Shown: positions 1-9,805 of the stretch, piece after piece
Layout of the letters: each line of letters starts with the position of its first letter
How positions within the stretch are numbered: position 1 is the stretch's first letter
NCBI GenBank assembly: GCA_039679675.1
Contig: JBDKUN010000039.1
Location: 1-64,000, forward strand
Source of the DNA: Armatimonadota bacterium
GTDB lineage: Bacteria > Armatimonadota > UBA5829 > DTLH01
DNA: 64,000 bases
Direction of reading: 5' to 3'
Notes under the pieces: generated by a model
Seen by the model: only the letters and a program-made list of their open reading frames with translations
The model's database searches: none
What the model was told of the DNA's origin: nothing
Position numbers and translations under genes: made by a program

Positions 1-109
1 ATTCATTTCTGATGTGACCGTATAATACCTTACGGCGACATTTTGGGATAAACACAACATGGTATTTGCACTCCCAGCTTGTATGCGATAGACTCTTGTA
101 GTCGTCCAT
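1..109 (-). CDS. tnpA: IS200/IS605-family Y1 transposase TnpA, N-terminal part (runs off window)
   Basis: Not in the ORF track. Manual translation MDDYKSLSHTSWECKYHVVFIPKCRRKVLYGHIRNE matches the typical IS200 TnpA N-terminus; AAGGAGG RBS just upstream. Confidence 0.9.
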   Translation of the reverse strand, partial: MDDYKSLSHTSWECKYHVVFIPKCRRKVLYGHIRNE

Positions 110-215
110 TTTTCCTCCTTTTCAGAAACTTTGTGCGGTTCCTGAAAAAGAATGATGGACGACTCCTGTATATGTCAAACTCTGGGAGTCTCCCCGGCAT
201 AGCCGGGGGTTTACC
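1..215 (-). mobile_element. IS200-like insertion sequence, left end
   Basis: tnpA start plus subterminal hairpin CCCCGGC-ATA-GCCGGGG (about 192-209), typical of IS200 ends; lies just past the epimerase stop codon. Confidence 0.85.
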
Positions 216-219
216 CTTA

Positions 220-1239
220 TCAATTATCTAAGATACCATAATAACTTCTGTACCACCCCACAAACCTCTCTATCCCCACCTCTATCGACGTATCAGGTTT
301 GAAGCCGACATCATTCATCAGCGCGTCCACGTCCGCAAATGTTGCCGGGACATCGCCGGGCTGCATCGGCAGCAAGTTCATCTGCGCTTTCCTGCCCAGG
401 CACTTCTCCAGCACTTCTATGAAATACAGCAGCTCCGTCGGGCTGTGGTTTCCTATGTTATAGACCTTATAAGGCGCAGGGCTCTGCGCCGGAGTCAGAA
501 ACTCTGCATCGGCATAAGCGGCGTTCGGCTGGGGGACATTGTCCATCACCCGCACCACACCTTCCACAATATCGTCTATATAAGTAAAGTCCCGCTTCAT
601 CTTGCCGTAGTTGTAGACATCTATCGGCCTGCCTTCCAGAATGGCTTTTGTGAAGATGAAAAGCGCCATATCCGGCCTGCCCCAGGGGCCGTAGACCGTG
701 AAGAACCTGAGGCCCGTAGTCGGCAGCCCATAGAGGTGGCTGTAGGTATGCGCCATCAGCTCGTTTGCCTTCTTAGTGGCAGCATAAAGACTGACCGGAT
801 GGTCGACATTGTCATCCACACTGAAGGGCAGCTTCTTGTTCGATCCGTACACCGAGCTCGATGATGCATACACCAGATGCTCGACCCCGTTGTGGCGGCA
901 GCCTTCCAATATATTGCAAAAACCTACCAGGTTGGAGTCTATATAAGCAAATGGGTTCTTTAGAGAGTATCTCACCCCTGCCTGCGCGGCGAGATGGACT
1001 ACCCGCTGCGGTTTTTCTGCTGCGAAGTATTCCGCCATTCCGGCGCGGTCGGCTACATCCAACTTTGTGAAGCTGAAGCCTGGCTGCTCCACCAACTGGG
1101 CAAGTCTGGCTTCTTTCAGCCTTATATCGTAATAGTCGTTTAGATTGTCGATGCCGACGACCTCATCTCCACGGTCAAGCAATCGCTTGCTTACGTGAAA
1201 CCCTATGAAACCAGCAGCACCTGTGACTAAAATCTTCAT
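220..1239 (-). CDS. NAD-dependent epimerase (UDP-glucuronate 4-epimerase type)
   Basis: GAAGFIG Rossmann motif, [16 protein letters not shown] catalytic motif, [10 protein letters not shown]. Confidence 0.93.
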   Translation of the reverse strand: MKILVTGAAGFIGFHVSKRLLDRGDEVVGIDNLNDYYDIRLKEARLAQLVEQPGFSFTKLDVADRAGMAEYFAAEKPQRVVHLAAQAGVRYSLKNPFAYIDSNLVGFCNILEGCRHNGVEHLVYASSSSVYGSNKKLPFSVDDNVDHPVSLYAATKKANELMAHTYSHLYGLPTTGLRFFTVYGPWGRPDMALFIFTKAILEGRPIDVYNYGKMKRDFTYIDDIVEGVVRVMDNVPQPNAAYADAEFLTPAQSPAPYKVYNIGNHSPTELLYFIEVLEKCLGRKAQMNLLPMQPGDVPATFADVDALMNDVGFKPDTSIEVGIERFVGWYRSYYGILDN

Positions 1240-1406
1240 TTACAACAAATAAGTCCTTTGCTAAAGGGAATAATAACGTATATGTTCAGGCAATTTGTCG
1301 ATTGGCAGAGCCGATGGTACCCGGAAACTTCTTCGCAAATGCCAATGCAACGGGAAGTCCGACATACCCGAGGCCTACTACCGCGATTTTTTCACTCATA
1401 TTCTCG

Positions 1407-3014
1407 TCACTCCGCCATAGAATGCTTGACCTGCGCTGAGTCCTTCATATTTGAAAGGAACTTTAGAACGAATTCCTTGACTGACTTCTCTCCACTTTCA
1501 TAGTCCGACACATTAGCAAAGAACCTGAACCATGTGATCTCGCGCGTCTGTATGCGATGCTGGACCTTGGACAGGCTGCCGGGGCTTGCCAGCAGGTCTA
1601 CGACATCACCCAACCTGTTGCGATAGTCGAACATGCGGAGTTCTTCTCCGCTTCTAATTGTCGTGTCTCCATATTTATACCAGTAGAGCATGATCCCCGG
1701 GCCGCTGTCGCTCTCTATATGCAAAACAGTGACATTGAAATCAGCCGCATAGGGCTTATTTATGTGCAATACTTCTTTATTGTTCTGCAGAATCTTGACG
1801 CCGCTTCTGGGAAGGCAGTCGTACGGGTTATGGAACGCTGCCAGATCTGCCGATACATTGACCAGGACCTGCACAGATGGCGCGGCAGGATCATCGCTTA
1901 CATATGCGCGGCTCATCAGGTCGCCCTTGGCAAGCCGCTCTTTGGTGCTTTCATCAATCTCCAGGTCACTCCCATGCCAACCATCAAACGACAACGGTAT
2001 ACTTTTCTTGAGCAATGTCCCCTTTGGGATGTTGTCGTATGCCCTGCCTATGGCAAACCCAAGAGGCGCAAGCACGGCAAGCATCAGCATCGCGCATACG
2101 AACGGCAGAGTCACACGGACCGGTTTCCATGGCATCAGCTCTTTGTGCGACTCCGGGTCCCTCAAGTGCTTCAGCCCGATCAACCTTGCAAAACCGAGCA
2201 CTGCAAATGCGCCTATAACCAGCACAATGTAGCCGCTCGTATCGTGAAACTTATGGACTGCGCTGCTTGAAAAAGTACAGATACCGATTGTCCCTATCAG
2301 AATTATCCTGAGCCCGTTAAGTATTATTGCAAACGGCAGGGACATCGCAAGGAGCAGCAGCTTCCTGACCCTCGCGCCTTCAAGCACAAACATGAGAAAA
2401 ATACTGCTCATCACCAGGGCGATGAACAGTTTCAGCCCGCTGCATGCTCCGCCGACAACCAGCGGTGCAGGAAAATCCGGTGAGAGCAGGACATTTCCTT
2501 CCCGCGTTATGGAATGCCCCGCTATCTGGAATACACCGGCTGCAAGCGCTGAAGCTATCAGTGTAAACTTCCCTGTAATCTTGTCCAGAAAATATGACGG
2601 CAGCGGTATCATAGTAATAAGGAATACAATCGGCGCTAAAAGCCCCTTTAGCGCCCGATACCCCACTGTCGACCAGACCACGCCGATAACAGCCAGGAAA
2701 AAAGCCACCCCATAGAGCGGTTTCCAGGCAAACATCACTGTGGTGAGATACATTACGCATCCCAGCAACAATATGGGAAGCCCCAGCCAGGAACCTGAGG
2801 CCTTTATGCCTGACAGCTTATCTCGTCGCAGCCATACCATAACACCGGCCAAGACCGGCACTATCGGCCCATGTGAATAGTAGCTGTCCTTGAGATCCCA
2901 GATGTGCCAAAAATGACCGACTGACCGATACTGGCCGGCTATCAACAATACCAGTGCTATCAACAGCACATAATTCTTGCTCAAAATAGAAAGACAGCGT
3001 CTTGTGCCCGTCAT
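1407..3014 (-). CDS. Exosortase (EpsH family) fused to a C-terminal EpsI-like domain
   Basis: Multi-TM N-half with YYSHG, ACSG (Cys), NGLRI (Arg) and FHD (His); C-half with HNPYDCL and YWY EpsI-type motifs. Confidence 0.88.
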   Translation of the reverse strand: MTGTRRCLSILSKNYVLLIALVLLIAGQYRSVGHFWHIWDLKDSYYSHGPIVPVLAGVMVWLRRDKLSGIKASGSWLGLPILLLGCVMYLTTVMFAWKPLYGVAFFLAVIGVVWSTVGYRALKGLLAPIVFLITMIPLPSYFLDKITGKFTLIASALAAGVFQIAGHSITREGNVLLSPDFPAPLVVGGACSGLKLFIALVMSSIFLMFVLEGARVRKLLLLAMSLPFAIILNGLRIILIGTIGICTFSSSAVHKFHDTSGYIVLVIGAFAVLGFARLIGLKHLRDPESHKELMPWKPVRVTLPFVCAMLMLAVLAPLGFAIGRAYDNIPKGTLLKKSIPLSFDGWHGSDLEIDESTKERLAKGDLMSRAYVSDDPAAPSVQVLVNVSADLAAFHNPYDCLPRSGVKILQNNKEVLHINKPYAADFNVTVLHIESDSGPGIMLYWYKYGDTTIRSGEELRMFDYRNRLGDVVDLLASPGSLSKVQHRIQTREITWFRFFANVSDYESGEKSVKEFVLKFLSNMKDSAQVKHSMAE

Positions 3015-3104
3015 CTATCTCCCCGCAGGTATGGATTTTACTCTTATGACACTGGCCTTGAATACATTGCCATGTCTGGGACGTAACAGTTCACTACGCC
3101 CCTC

Positions 3105-3187
3105 GTCACTCTGAACTCGAATACTGTGCATCTATCCGCCTGCGGCGGACGCTTCGGCAGCAAGCAGTCCGAAGCAATAAATGACGT
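3105..3187. repeat. Composite palindromic repeat: element C inside a GTCA...TGAC frame
   Basis: TCCGCCTGCGGCGGAC-GCTTCGGCAGCAAGCAGTCCGAAGCA (3135-3176); the same sequence recurs, split by an insertion, at about 26150-26310. Confidence 0.7.
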
Positions 3188-3597
3188 TGTGGTTATTCGG
3201 AATGGCGTTGTAACCATCAACTGTGAATCTTATTTCTGTGCAGTATTGCGATACCGTGCTTTTTCCCGTGGTGTATATGTGAGGCTATAATCGAAAGAAG
3301 GTAGTTTATCTTCCAGGTGCAGTGTCTGACACCCGCAGCCCCATGCCAGCACCACATCAGCATGCATCATGGAATGCATGCCATATATCGGACTCTTTTG
3401 GCTATCAAATTAGTCGCATATAATACGCAGAACCCCAAGATGTAAACTACACTGGCAAATCTTATGCACAACCTATTATAAATTAGCTTATCAGGCAGGC
3501 ATTGTCAAGGCAAGCAGGCATTTTGACAGTAATTTCCAGTAAAAACCGGCACATATACGGGGGATAGTGGCTTTCGGCGGGCGGTAGATGGACCAAC

Positions 3598-4656
3598 TCA
3601 TATATCTTCATTGCCCAGCGTGCTTCTTATGCCAGCCCGCAGGCAGCTGAGTGCGGTCCGGGGCGACCTAGATCTTATGATAAACCTGGTGATCAATGAC
3701 AAAATCTTTTTCCTGTCCGGCCAGGACTTAACCTGGTGCATCTTGGCTGCTAGGCAGACTGCAACATCCCGCAGCAGCCAGGAGCAATCGGCAGATACAT
3801 TCTGGTGCCGGCAGAAAGATGCAATCAGCCGCTCTACGGCGGGGAGCGCAGCCCCAATGTAGCCAGCGCCCAGGTTCTCCCTCTCTACGAACAGCCATCT
3901 TAGGCCCTGAGCCTCCTCAACCGCAGCATCCGGTAACAACCGGCGGATCGCACGGCTGCTGACCTGGCGCGCGAACTGGTCTTGTTCTTCTTTCCTGCGG
4001 ACAGAGACACTGCGCTCGTTGAAGTGATAATCTACCAAAAGATCGGGCAAATAGATGAATCTTTCGCCTTTGGCCACTAATCTATCATATAGGTCGTAAT
4101 CCTGAGAATACCTAAATGAGCGGTCATATCCCCCAATAGAAACCACCGGCAGCCTTCTAAACATCAGTGCCGGATGCAACCCATACGAGCAGCCAAACAG
4201 GCCATGCCAGCAGGCCCTGTCCCAATCGATTTCAGCCCATTTGCGGCTGGTCCCATCAACATCGTTATGGAACGTGGCTCTGCAGAAACAGACATTAGCG
4301 CCGCTTTGCTCCAGTGCCTTTACCTGCGCGGCCAGCCTGTGCGGGGTACAGGTGTCATCGGCATCTATCCGGCAGACGTACTCGCCCCTCGACTCCTGCA
4401 ACCCGGCTGCCAGCGAAGGGCCGCACCCCAGATTGGTCGCATTATCTATAAGCCTTATCCTCGGATCGGCATACGATAACACTACATCCCGAGTATTATC
4501 GGTCGAGCTGTCGTTCATTATCAGAAACTCGAAATTCTCCAGCGTTTGAGCCAGCACGCTGTCCATGGTACGTGCTACGGAATCCCGGCAGTTGTACACC
4601 GGCATCAAAACCGTCACCAATGGGCTGGATGCCACTTTTAAGCGCCTGCCTTCCAT
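3598..4656 (-). CDS. Glycosyltransferase family 2
   Basis: VLMPVYN, NDSSTD, RIDADD, SQDYDL motifs. Confidence 0.9.
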   Translation of the reverse strand: MEGRRLKVASSPLVTVLMPVYNCRDSVARTMDSVLAQTLENFEFLIMNDSSTDNTRDVVLSYADPRIRLIDNATNLGCGPSLAAGLQESRGEYVCRIDADDTCTPHRLAAQVKALEQSGANVCFCRATFHNDVDGTSRKWAEIDWDRACWHGLFGCSYGLHPALMFRRLPVVSIGGYDRSFRYSQDYDLYDRLVAKGERFIYLPDLLVDYHFNERSVSVRRKEEQDQFARQVSSRAIRRLLPDAAVEEAQGLRWLFVERENLGAGYIGAALPAVERLIASFCRHQNVSADCSWLLRDVAVCLAAKMHQVKSWPDRKKILSLITRFIIRSRSPRTALSCLRAGIRSTLGNEDI

Positions 4657-5945
4657 TTTAAGAGCATCTCCAGGTCATTGTTGATCATAAAACGGCGCTT
4701 CCCGCTGGGCGTGGTTTCTATACGGTCAACAAATTGATAGGTTATATGCATCCCGCAGCATATTCGTTCGACCTGCTCCTTTAGACGGGTAAAATCGCTG
4801 TCTTTATACAGGTCGTTTTTGACCATGTTAACCGTCAGGCAGTAACCGGGGCTCTGAATATACTGCACCTGTGCAAATCCGGAGTTGAAGGTCTGGCCGG
4901 TCTTTGCGTCGCACCCGCTCCCCCAGTGCAGCAAATAAGATGGTGACACAGGGCCGTTCGGAGTGACCAGAACGTCGTTTGTGCGCCCGCGCACGCGGAT
5001 CCGGGGCAGCGTCCTGCCGCATTCGCATTTATCCTGGACCCTTTCGACCAGATAGTCACCATTTTTGTATCGGATAAACGGCATGGCGCGGTTCCAAAGG
5101 TCCGTGACCAGCATCTCTCCATCGGAATCTGGTTCGATGATGGCCCTTTCGATAGCTTCGTGCAGCCCTGAGTGGCAGCTGCACTCCCAGGCACTGGCCC
5201 CGCCATCGTTGCAGCAGTACTCCTCATAGACATCAGCACATGTGAAGGCAGTCTTGATCACATCTCGCTGCCAGTCATAGAGGTTTTCGGAAATAAGATT
5301 GAAGACCTTTACTTTATTGTTCTCTATACCATGCTGAAGCATATATATTGCGACGATAGCTGCGCTCGATGCGTATGCGCGGACATACGGATTGCCGTCG
5401 GAGTTGAGTGCATCAACTACCTTACTGATATTCTCGTTGTCCAGTTCGCCGCTCAAGTATCTACCGTTGGCGACTTTTCCCTGGGCAGAAGTTATCAGTG
5501 TGAACTCGCATCCATCTCCGAAGCCGAAGTAACCCCAGCCTCTCCGATGAACACCGTTTCGCAGGGCATCATAGCGGCGGCAGCCGATGTACTCGAGAGG
5601 TTCACCGGTAGACCCGCCAGTCCGCATCATGCTGCCTCTAAAAAACTTCGAGTTTCTGGGGCTGCAGTTCATACGCATCCAATTGCGGTCTACTGCTGGC
5701 AGCTTGTGCAGGTCCTCAATGCCGGAAATGCTCCTACTTGTAAGCCCGTTCTGGCAGCACAGTTGCCTGTAGGCTGGAGTGTTGTCGTAATGGTATGTGT
5801 AGATATCGACAAGTCTCTTGCTTTGAAATGCCTTCTGACGTTTGAGCGGCCAATACTGGCTTTGCGCTAAAGAGGGCAATGCCCACGTATCAGCCAGCGA
5901 TATTATGCGTCCCAAAGCAGATTTAATAGTATGTGTTGCCGCCAT
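4638..5945 (-). CDS. Phenylacetate-CoA ligase/CapK-like adenylate-forming enzyme
   Basis: TGGSTGEP loop, MPFIRYKNGD, CECGR, GRTND, SGKRR; located in a polysaccharide locus. Confidence 0.85.
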   Translation of the reverse strand: MAATHTIKSALGRIISLADTWALPSLAQSQYWPLKRQKAFQSKRLVDIYTYHYDNTPAYRQLCCQNGLTSRSISGIEDLHKLPAVDRNWMRMNCSPRNSKFFRGSMMRTGGSTGEPLEYIGCRRYDALRNGVHRRGWGYFGFGDGCEFTLITSAQGKVANGRYLSGELDNENISKVVDALNSDGNPYVRAYASSAAIVAIYMLQHGIENNKVKVFNLISENLYDWQRDVIKTAFTCADVYEEYCCNDGGASAWECSCHSGLHEAIERAIIEPDSDGEMLVTDLWNRAMPFIRYKNGDYLVERVQDKCECGRTLPRIRVRGRTNDVLVTPNGPVSPSYLLHWGSGCDAKTGQTFNSGFAQVQYIQSPGYCLTVNMVKNDLYKDSDFTRLKEQVERICCGMHITYQFVDRIETTPSGKRRFMINNDLEMLLKWKAGA

Positions 5946-6013
5946 TATTCCAAAATTCTCGTTAAATCATTCATTACTTGAAGCTGTTGCGCCAGCATGA
6001 CGTTGTGCCCGGC

Positions 6014-7261
6014 TTACGTGTCTGCCGCAGCAGGTGAAGGTTCGACCGTCCACTCCGCGCCCACACGTACACACCCAAATACCCGACCTTGTTTTTGGCT
6101 TGAGCTCTCAACAGCGAATGACAAGCAGTCGCCCGCGCGGTCATTGAGGATATTCATGCCGTCTCCGAGCCAGACTGTTACATAATACTTGCCGTCGACA
6201 AGTATATTGTCAGGAAGCAGGATGCCTATTTTCGACAGATCAGATGGAAGCTTAAGCCCGTCGGTATCGTTGGCGCTGTTGAACTGAATAACGATGTTGC
6301 CGAGGTTGTTTCTAACCGTAACAGCGAGTGTTATATTCCGTCCCTTTGCACCATCGACCTCGACCTCGAACATGATGGGCTCGCCGTAGTCAAAAGACGC
6401 CTTGATGCGGCCCTGTGCATCCGAGGTAGCCAGAGAGGTAACTCTCATAGGGCCGTCACCCGTCCGGTCAGCATCAAACGCTGTCAGATCGATACGGCCT
6501 GAAGACTGATTGGATTCCAGATAACCGGCAATAACATCTTTCGAGCAGCCGGTAGAGTGCACTTGTCCCTTTGACAGATGAACGCATGTCGGGCAGAGCT
6601 CGGATATGGCTCCCATATTGTGGCTCACGAAGAGCACCGTCCTGCCGCTCTTCGCTACATCCCCCATCTTCCCCAGGCATTTCTTTTGGAACTCGGCATC
6701 GCCTACGGCAAGCACTTCATCCACAACCAGGATCTCCGGCTCCAGGTGCGCAGCCACGGCAAAAGCCAGCCGGACATACATTCCGCTGGAATAACGTTTT
6801 ACCGGTGTATCCAGGAACTTCTCGACCTCTGCGAATGCCACAATCTCATCGAACTTACGGGCTATTTCCCTGCGGGTCATTCCAAGAATTGCGCCGTTTA
6901 AGTAGATGTTCTCCCGGCCGGTAAGCTCAGGATGGAAGCCTGTGCCGACTTCCAGGAGGCTGGCAATGCGCCCGCGCAGCTTGATCTTGCCTTCTGTCGG
7001 GGGCGTTATCTGCGACAATACCTTGAGCAGAGTGCTCTTCCCCGCCCCGTTGCGGCCGATAATGCCGACAGCTTCGCCTTCTTTGACAGAGAAGCTTACG
7101 TTCTTCAGCGCCCAGAATTCCCCCTTGGCGGCACGTGCGCGCCTGGCTGCCGGGGACACGAAATTAGAGATCTCATCGCGCAGGCTCAGATACCGCTCCT
7201 TGTTCGCGCCGATCCTGTATTTTTTGCCGATATTCTCGATTTCTATAATAGGTTTAGACAT
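6014..7261 (-). CDS. wzt: Polysaccharide ABC exporter ATPase (Wzt) with C-terminal carbohydrate-binding domain
   Basis: GRNGAGKST, YSSGM signature, DEVLAVGDAEF, Wzt_C-like tail. Confidence 0.92.
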   Translation of the reverse strand: MSKPIIEIENIGKKYRIGANKERYLSLRDEISNFVSPAARRARAAKGEFWALKNVSFSVKEGEAVGIIGRNGAGKSTLLKVLSQITPPTEGKIKLRGRIASLLEVGTGFHPELTGRENIYLNGAILGMTRREIARKFDEIVAFAEVEKFLDTPVKRYSSGMYVRLAFAVAAHLEPEILVVDEVLAVGDAEFQKKCLGKMGDVAKSGRTVLFVSHNMGAISELCPTCVHLSKGQVHSTGCSKDVIAGYLESNQSSGRIDLTAFDADRTGDGPMRVTSLATSDAQGRIKASFDYGEPIMFEVEVDGAKGRNITLAVTVRNNLGNIVIQFNSANDTDGLKLPSDLSKIGILLPDNILVDGKYYVTVWLGDGMNILNDRAGDCLSFAVESSSQKQGRVFGCVRVGAEWTVEPSPAAADT

Positions 7262-7262
7262 G

Positions 7263-8108
7263 TCAGGCTATATCAGCAAAATACCTTTCTGTGCTTCTGA
7301 AGTAATAGAGGCCGAACAAGAAAAACGCGATGCTCACTGAGAGGGAGATGGCGAGTACATCCCACTGAACAGGGGACTTGCCGAGTATTCCTGCCCGCGC
7401 GTTCGATATTACACCGGAGATTGGGTTGAGCCAGAGCATAAGCCCTTTAGCAAGAGGGTGCTTGTCCAGCAAACTCACCGGATAGATGACCGGAGTGACA
7501 TACATCAGCGTCTGTATGAAGAACGGCAGTGCATACCGGACATCACGGTACTTAACGTTAATTGCCGACAGGAACAGCCCAAGACCCATCGCACTGAGCA
7601 CCGCAGTCAGCAGCAGGACCGGCAGGATCGCGATACCGACCAGGCTGGGAACAAATCCGTAATAGACCATCATTCCCGCAAGTATCAGAGCTGATATGCA
7701 TAGATCGACCAGACCTGTCGTGGCTGCAGTGGCAGGTATAATGAGCCTCGGAAAGTATACCTTTTGGATGAGCTGAGCATTGGTGACAAGCGAATTCGAT
7801 GCGTTCGTCAGTGTGCCCGAGTAGTATATCCAAAAAAGCTGGCCTACGTACAGAAATATCGGGTAAGGTGTGCCGTCTCCGCTTCCGATTCCAGCCATCC
7901 TGTTGAATATGAAAGTGAAAATCACCATATTCACGATCGGCTGAAAAATCGCCCAGAGCACACCCAAAGCCGTCTGCTTGTAGCGGACCGATATATCGCG
8001 CCAAGCTAACACCAGGAAGAGGTCGCGGTAGCGCCAGAGTTCCTTCCAGTTGATAGCTATCAACCTCTTAGGGGGAGCAATTAGATATTCTTGTTCAATC
8101 ATACTCAC
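7263..8108 (-). CDS. wzm: Polysaccharide ABC exporter permease (Wzm)
   Basis: RYKQTALGVLW, KVYFPR, six TM segments, FADIA end; adjacent to wzt. Confidence 0.92.
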   Translation of the reverse strand: MSMIEQEYLIAPPKRLIAINWKELWRYRDLFLVLAWRDISVRYKQTALGVLWAIFQPIVNMVIFTFIFNRMAGIGSGDGTPYPIFLYVGQLFWIYYSGTLTNASNSLVTNAQLIQKVYFPRLIIPATAATTGLVDLCISALILAGMMVYYGFVPSLVGIAILPVLLLTAVLSAMGLGLFLSAINVKYRDVRYALPFFIQTLMYVTPVIYPVSLLDKHPLAKGLMLWLNPISGVISNARAGILGKSPVQWDVLAISLSVSIAFFLFGLYYFRSTERYFADIA

Positions 8109-8168
8109 CTATATTACCAAAACTTACGGGGTCAGAGTCAATATCAAGCGTGTGAACTTACTCGCACA

Positions 8169-8198
8169 TTGACATGGATGTATCAAAAGATGTAAAAT
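8169..8198 (+). promoter_or_regulatory. sigma70-type promoter for the hydrolase-tatD operon
   Basis: TTGACA-N18-TAAAAT upstream of 8236. Confidence 0.5.
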
Positions 8199-8235
8199 AC
8201 TTGAGGTTCCGAATCCCCATTTTAGAGGTAAGCCG

Positions 8236-9024
8236 TTGTCTTCCATTAATATCAACGGTGTGCGAGTGTCCTGCGAGGGCGATGGAACCGGACTCCCGAT
8301 TGTTTTTATCCCAGGGTTGGTCGGCTCCAAGGAGTGGTTCAATTACCAGTTCACGGGTCTACGGGAAAGCTACCGAACCATCAGCTACGATGTCAGAACG
8401 GCACGCAGCATGGCCACCTATACATTGGACCTCCTTACAGAAGACCTGGCGCGTCTTTTGACTGCTCTCAGGCTGGAGTCTGCTGTGCTGGTCGGGCACG
8501 CTTTTGGTGCGATGATCGCTCAAAACTTGGCACGCGTTCACCACGAGCGTGTCGATGGGCTTGTACTTATATCTGCATTCTCAAAACTCCCGGAAGCCTC
8601 TTCGTCTGAGATTATTGAACGAATGTCCCCAGGCCCGGTCCGAATTGAACCGGTTTTTCAGTCGATCTTGAGGAGCATTTTCAGACTGCAGCCGGCTGCA
8701 CCGGCTGCGGAGATCGGGAAAAAGGAGTGGCTTCAGGCTCACAGCGCAAGACTGCCTGCAAAAACTCTCAATGCCCGCATAAACCTCATTCAGGAGTTCG
8801 ATTCCACCAAATGGCTGCCGGATATAGAAGCCCCGACACTCATTATAGCCGGAGCTCAGGACAGCGCTGAGTTTCTAGCTCAGGCACAGGTGCTTTATGA
8901 GGGAATTCCGAACGCGGAGCTGGAAGTAATAGAAAATGGCGACCACTTTTGTTTCTATACGCGCCATGACCTGGTAAACAGCGCCATAGACGAATTTACA
9001 AAAGAACTTTTGAAGGAATTATAG
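8236..9024 (+). CDS. Alpha/beta hydrolase fold protein with nucleophile Ser replaced by Ala
   Basis: PIVFIPG, VLVGHAFG elbow, PTLIIAGAQD, GDH. Confidence 0.8.
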   Translation: MSSININGVRVSCEGDGTGLPIVFIPGLVGSKEWFNYQFTGLRESYRTISYDVRTARSMATYTLDLLTEDLARLLTALRLESAVLVGHAFGAMIAQNLARVHHERVDGLVLISAFSKLPEASSSEIIERMSPGPVRIEPVFQSILRSIFRLQPAAPAAEIGKKEWLQAHSARLPAKTLNARINLIQEFDSTKWLPDIEAPTLIIAGAQDSAEFLAQAQVLYEGIPNAELEVIENGDHFCFYTRHDLVNSAIDEFTKELLKEL

Positions 9025-9025
9025 G

Positions 9026-9805
9026 ATGCAGTCGCTTTTTGATACACATGCCCATCTGAATGACAGCCAACTCGAAGGCGACATAGACGGAATACTTGCC
9101 CGCGCTGCGGATGAGGGTGTGGATCGGGTCGCCTGCGTCGCATGGGATATGCCTTCGAGCAGAAGCGCTGTCGAAATCGCTGAAAAATACGGGAATGTAT
9201 GGGCGACAGTCGGTGTGCACCCGCATGATGCGAAGACGGTCACAGATGAGTCCCTCGCCGAGCTTCGAGAGCTGTCCTTGCGTCCCAAAGTTGCGGCTTT
9301 TGGTGAGATCGGGCTGGACTTTTACAGGGATTTGTCTCCGAGAGACCTTCAGGAAGCTGTATTTAGAGCCCAGCTGAAGCTTGCGAAGGAGCTCGATATG
9401 CCTGTCGTTATCCACAGCCGCGATGCCGGGGCTGATACGCTGAGAGTTATCGAAGATGAAGGGCTTCCTGCCGCCGGCGGGGTAATGCACTGCTTCGCAG
9501 AAGATACAGAATATGCCAAGCAAGTTATCGGACTTGGGATGTATATCGGGGTGGGTGGACCGGTCACATATTCCAAATCTGAAAAGTTAGTCGATGTGGT
9601 GCGCGCAGTCCCTCTAGAGAGTATTTTGATCGAGACCGACTCGCCGTATATGACCCCGATGCCGCACCGGGGAAGGAAGATAAACGAGCCCGCCTTCGCG
9701 CATCTCGTCGCGGAGAAAATCGCGGAGCTGAAGGGCATTAGTTTTGCAACCGTAGCAGAAGTCACTACGGCAAATGCGATGCGGATGTACAGGATAAAAT
9801 CATGA
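9026..9805 (+). CDS. tatD: TatD family hydrolase/DNase
   Basis: DTHAHL, GVHPH, GEIGLD, IHSRDA, ETDSPY. Confidence 0.93.
   Translation: MQSLFDTHAHLNDSQLEGDIDGILARAADEGVDRVACVAWDMPSSRSAVEIAEKYGNVWATVGVHPHDAKTVTDESLAELRELSLRPKVAAFGEIGLDFYRDLSPRDLQEAVFRAQLKLAKELDMPVVIHSRDAGADTLRVIEDEGLPAAGGVMHCFAEDTEYAKQVIGLGMYIGVGGPVTYSKSEKLVDVVRAVPLESILIETDSPYMTPMPHRGRKINEPAFAHLVAEKIAELKGISFATVAEVTTANAMRMYRIKS

Noticed and set aside
3580..3592. GGCGGTAG resembling an ops/JUMPstart site near polysaccharide genes
   Set aside because: It is on the strand opposite the operon and lacks the downstream TG.
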